Shown here: positions 30,263-33,121 of the stretch, piece by piece | Layout of the letters: every line of letters starts with the position of its first letter | How positions within the stretch are numbered: the first letter of the stretch is position 1 | NCBI GenBank assembly: GCA_013115125.1 | Contig: JABANN010000391.1 | Span: forward strand, 1-33,121 | Direction of reading: 5' to 3' | Length of the DNA stretch: 33,121 nucleotides | Origin: Perkinsus olseni | Taxonomy: Eukaryota | Notes under the pieces: model-generated | What the model saw: the letters and a program-made list of their open reading frames with translations, nothing else | What the model was told of the DNA's origin: nothing | The model's database searches: none | Program-made: the position numbers and the translations under genes

Positions 30263-31531
30263 AATAGTTCTTTAAATGGTTGGTATTGAGTTCTCAAGTT
30301 GGGCGATAAGGTTGAAAGCGGGCAAGGAAATAGAGGAGGGAGTGGTTTATTTAAGATCTTCTTCCCGTTTCCGCGTAACACCACAGCCGTTGTAACCCAA
30401 AGGATGTTAACACCGACGAGCATGCCTGCCTGCATGATCTTCTTTCCTCCATCAAGTTTTCGTGAGCACCTGAACAACCCGGTAGGAGCACCATTTCCGG
30501 TGGAGTAAAATTTTACATCTTCGTCGGTCTTCGTGCCTGTCGGCTTCTCCGGCTCCGGGCCTTCTGGGTCCAAGCCTATTGATTCGGGAGCTGAGGAAAA
30601 CTCATGATTGCAGATTCCTTAACGGAGGGCTCTACTGTTATCTCCATCTCTCACTCCTTGTTGACCAGTCGACGCCCCTTCGGCCTTAGTTCTCTCCAGA
30701 CCTGCTACAGTAGTAGTATGGCAGAAAAGCGAGAATCGTGAGTCTGCTACCAGACGAAGGAGTGTCGACGCTATTAATCTTGATGTGATAGAGAGTCAGT
30801 GGGCTGCCTGGCTTCAACGCTAACATCTTGCTGGCAAAGCTGGATGGCGCAGCACCTGTAGCGATGGTGATGAGAGACGGGTTAACAAAGATGCTGTTTG
30901 AGAGAATGATGCTCGAAGAGAGGGGCGCATTCAACGCGTGAAATAATTCGGCTAGCGATCTCGAGCTTTCGAATTACTATACACCAAGAGGCCGTAGTGA
31001 AACTCGGCATCGATTCTGGAACCGCATTCTACGTGTCAGGAGCAATTTCGGGATACTGAGTTTCAGCATGGGGCGAGTGTTTTCGATTCGCAGATTTTCG
31101 GAAAACCTCAAGTAAGACTCTCAATCACACTAGGAGCAAATTCTAGTATTTTTGGCGCGGGACCCTGTAGGTTTACAGACCATCCCTTAGCACCCGTGTT
31201 GTTGGTGTTGTTATTGATTGTTACACTATTATTGTTGGTTCGGGGTTTCAGGTCATTATCCCAATATTCTTCGGGATGAGGTTGGCCATCGTCGACGGGA
31301 TCTGGACAACAACCGTTATTGGCAAGCAAAGGAGCAGTTCGCTTTACCCGAACCATTAACGCTCTTCACTGAGTATGATACCTGATCACCAACAGAACAG
31401 TCGAGTACCGCGGCCGCCAAGCGTTGCAATAGCTCCCTCACTTTGGTAGCGGCCCTGAACCTTAGACCATCAGCAACACTGGTGGACAGGCAGATGACAA
31501 GGAGGAGGAGGAGGAAGTGGACGGAGGCCAT
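30259..31531 (-). CDS. Spliced putative secreted protein
   Basis: Signal-peptide-like MASVHFLLLLLVICLSTSVADG at 31531, followed by exon-like ORFs 31108-31300, 30686-30934 and 30259-30573. Internal splice sites not fully resolved. Confidence 0.55.
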
Positions 31532-31801
31532 CGGAAGAGGTATTTGCTGCGAACACTGATCGTTCCTCGGAACCGTAGAGACCCTGTAGAGTCTGTTTGG
31601 CAACCATACTCTGGTCGCCACCGCAGTCAACATTTAAGGCGCGCGCTAAGATCATGAGCTGGGGAGAGCGCATCGTTTATCTCGCTCGCCCAAAAATGCT
31701 CGGAAGATGCCATTTTCCGGTATCACTCGGTACGAACCGCTTGCTACGAATAAGCTTCTCCTTCCCGGTGGGAGCTTTGTGTGCCCGTGCCTGCTCGTTG
31801 C

Positions 31802-31864
<63 letters not shown>
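31802..31864. repeat. (TTG)n microsatellite
   Basis: About 21 perfect TTG units. Confidence 0.97.
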
Positions 31865-33121
31865 CATTGTTGTCAGAAAAGCGGTCTATGCGTGACCCAT
31901 GCGAACGTGCATCATTCCGAGTGCATAACTCGCAAAAGAAAATGTAGAAATTTCGCGGCATTCGCGTGAGTCTCTAACGGTATGTTCAACCGTAGCGAAG
32001 TTATTAGTCGCTACATGAGCTTCTCTGAGATATCGGATCCCCCGACTGTTCACTTTAAGAACCGTCGATGGTCAATTATGACACACTGGGGATTGTACGT
32101 TCTTGTCACTTTCAGTTTGAGTGTTTCAGTTCTTCTAGATTTGGGCAAAAGTTGGTAATGATAATATCCCTTCTATTATTCTTCTCTTTACTACCAGAAT
32201 TGGCGTGTGGGTCTGCTGATAGAAAACGTGTACCGGCAGTCACCCTCCCTGAACTGATGACTCAATGAACTCAATGAACTGATTCCGAATCTCGGAGTAG
32301 GTCTGCTCGACAGGAGGAGAATCTACGACGAGGCCTCACCCCGCGGCGAACGAGTTTGGTGTAGCCAAGTTGGAATGAGGGCGATGAACCGCAGCCCTGC
32401 TCAGAATTTCAGCAGGAGCGATGGCAGAGAGGACGACAGCGAGGCCAGGGTGGAAGGACATCATTATCCAATAAGGTTGGCTGGAAGACTGCGGCAACGA
32501 GGCAGTTATTTCAAGGGCAAGATATTGTAAGAGTGATGTTGGCTCCTAAACAGCGGACAACTTGGAGATAATTGCAGTGTTTCTAAGCCTCGTGGCTATA
32601 TCAGTACAATTCTGAAACAGAGTCAGGGTAACTTTGAACCGCTACTGCCGAGTCGGCAGTGCCGACTAGCATACTCTAACGAAGAGGGATGTTCTTCAAA
32701 GAAGGCATTCCCGTTCGTGTTGCCCTCAGTAAGATATCAGCCTTCTAAACCGCTGCTTCCCTAACAGCCTCTGCGTCTTTTCTCGGCCGGGTTATGAGAG
32801 CGACTCATCTGCAGCCTTCTACATCGCAGCCCGCAAGTTTCTCGTTTACGACATGCTTCTGTGGAGACACGTTTCACAGTGGCCTTCCTTGGGAATTTCC
32901 CTTTTATTTTTTCCATTCCGCTCACTGAGCGGCGCTCAGATTCCTTCCTTTGCCGGGTGGCACACCACCACCCGGAAAACATTTTTCGTGTCTCATCAGT
33001 GAGCGCGCCTTCATTGATTTCGCCTACCATTCCAATCGACACCCCCTGGTGTTGTAGTTCCATGGAGACCCTGTGTTGTTTGATGAACCCGAAGCCATGG
33101 TGAGTGAATGATAACAGATTA

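Noticed and set aside
31597-31969. Poly-L/T/N/V/C ORFs
   Set aside because: Artefacts of the (TTG)n microsatellite.

Overview
Compact eukaryotic genomic DNA with many short (about 40-90 nt) GT-AG introns. Intron style and gene content suggest an alveolate, most likely Perkinsus (inference). The left ~7.3 kb looks accessory: a (TTG)n tract, an intronless secreted-protein ORF and a decayed Mutator-like (MULE) transposase. From 7.5 to 30.3 kb there is a dense run of spliced genes that the ORF track misses: a TM plus PAM2-motif protein, a Maf-family pyrophosphatase, canonical poly(A) polymerase, a LARP7-type La protein, a helical-repeat mitochondrial-type protein, RPS29 and an RMD1/RMND1 (DUF155) protein. 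A secreted-protein gene and a second (TTG)n tract follow. The most striking unexplained signal lies in the introns of the core genes. About 21 copies of a tRNA 3'-half/B-box motif (consensus ~CGAAAGGTCCCGGGTTCGATCCCGG) occur roughly 50:50 in both orientations. Two other conserved motif families (GCGTTGAGGAAATGCAAGATT and GCGCACAGCGAAGATT) and 10-bp-phased A/T-tract introns are also present. Exon structures were assembled by eye, so some boundaries are approximate.
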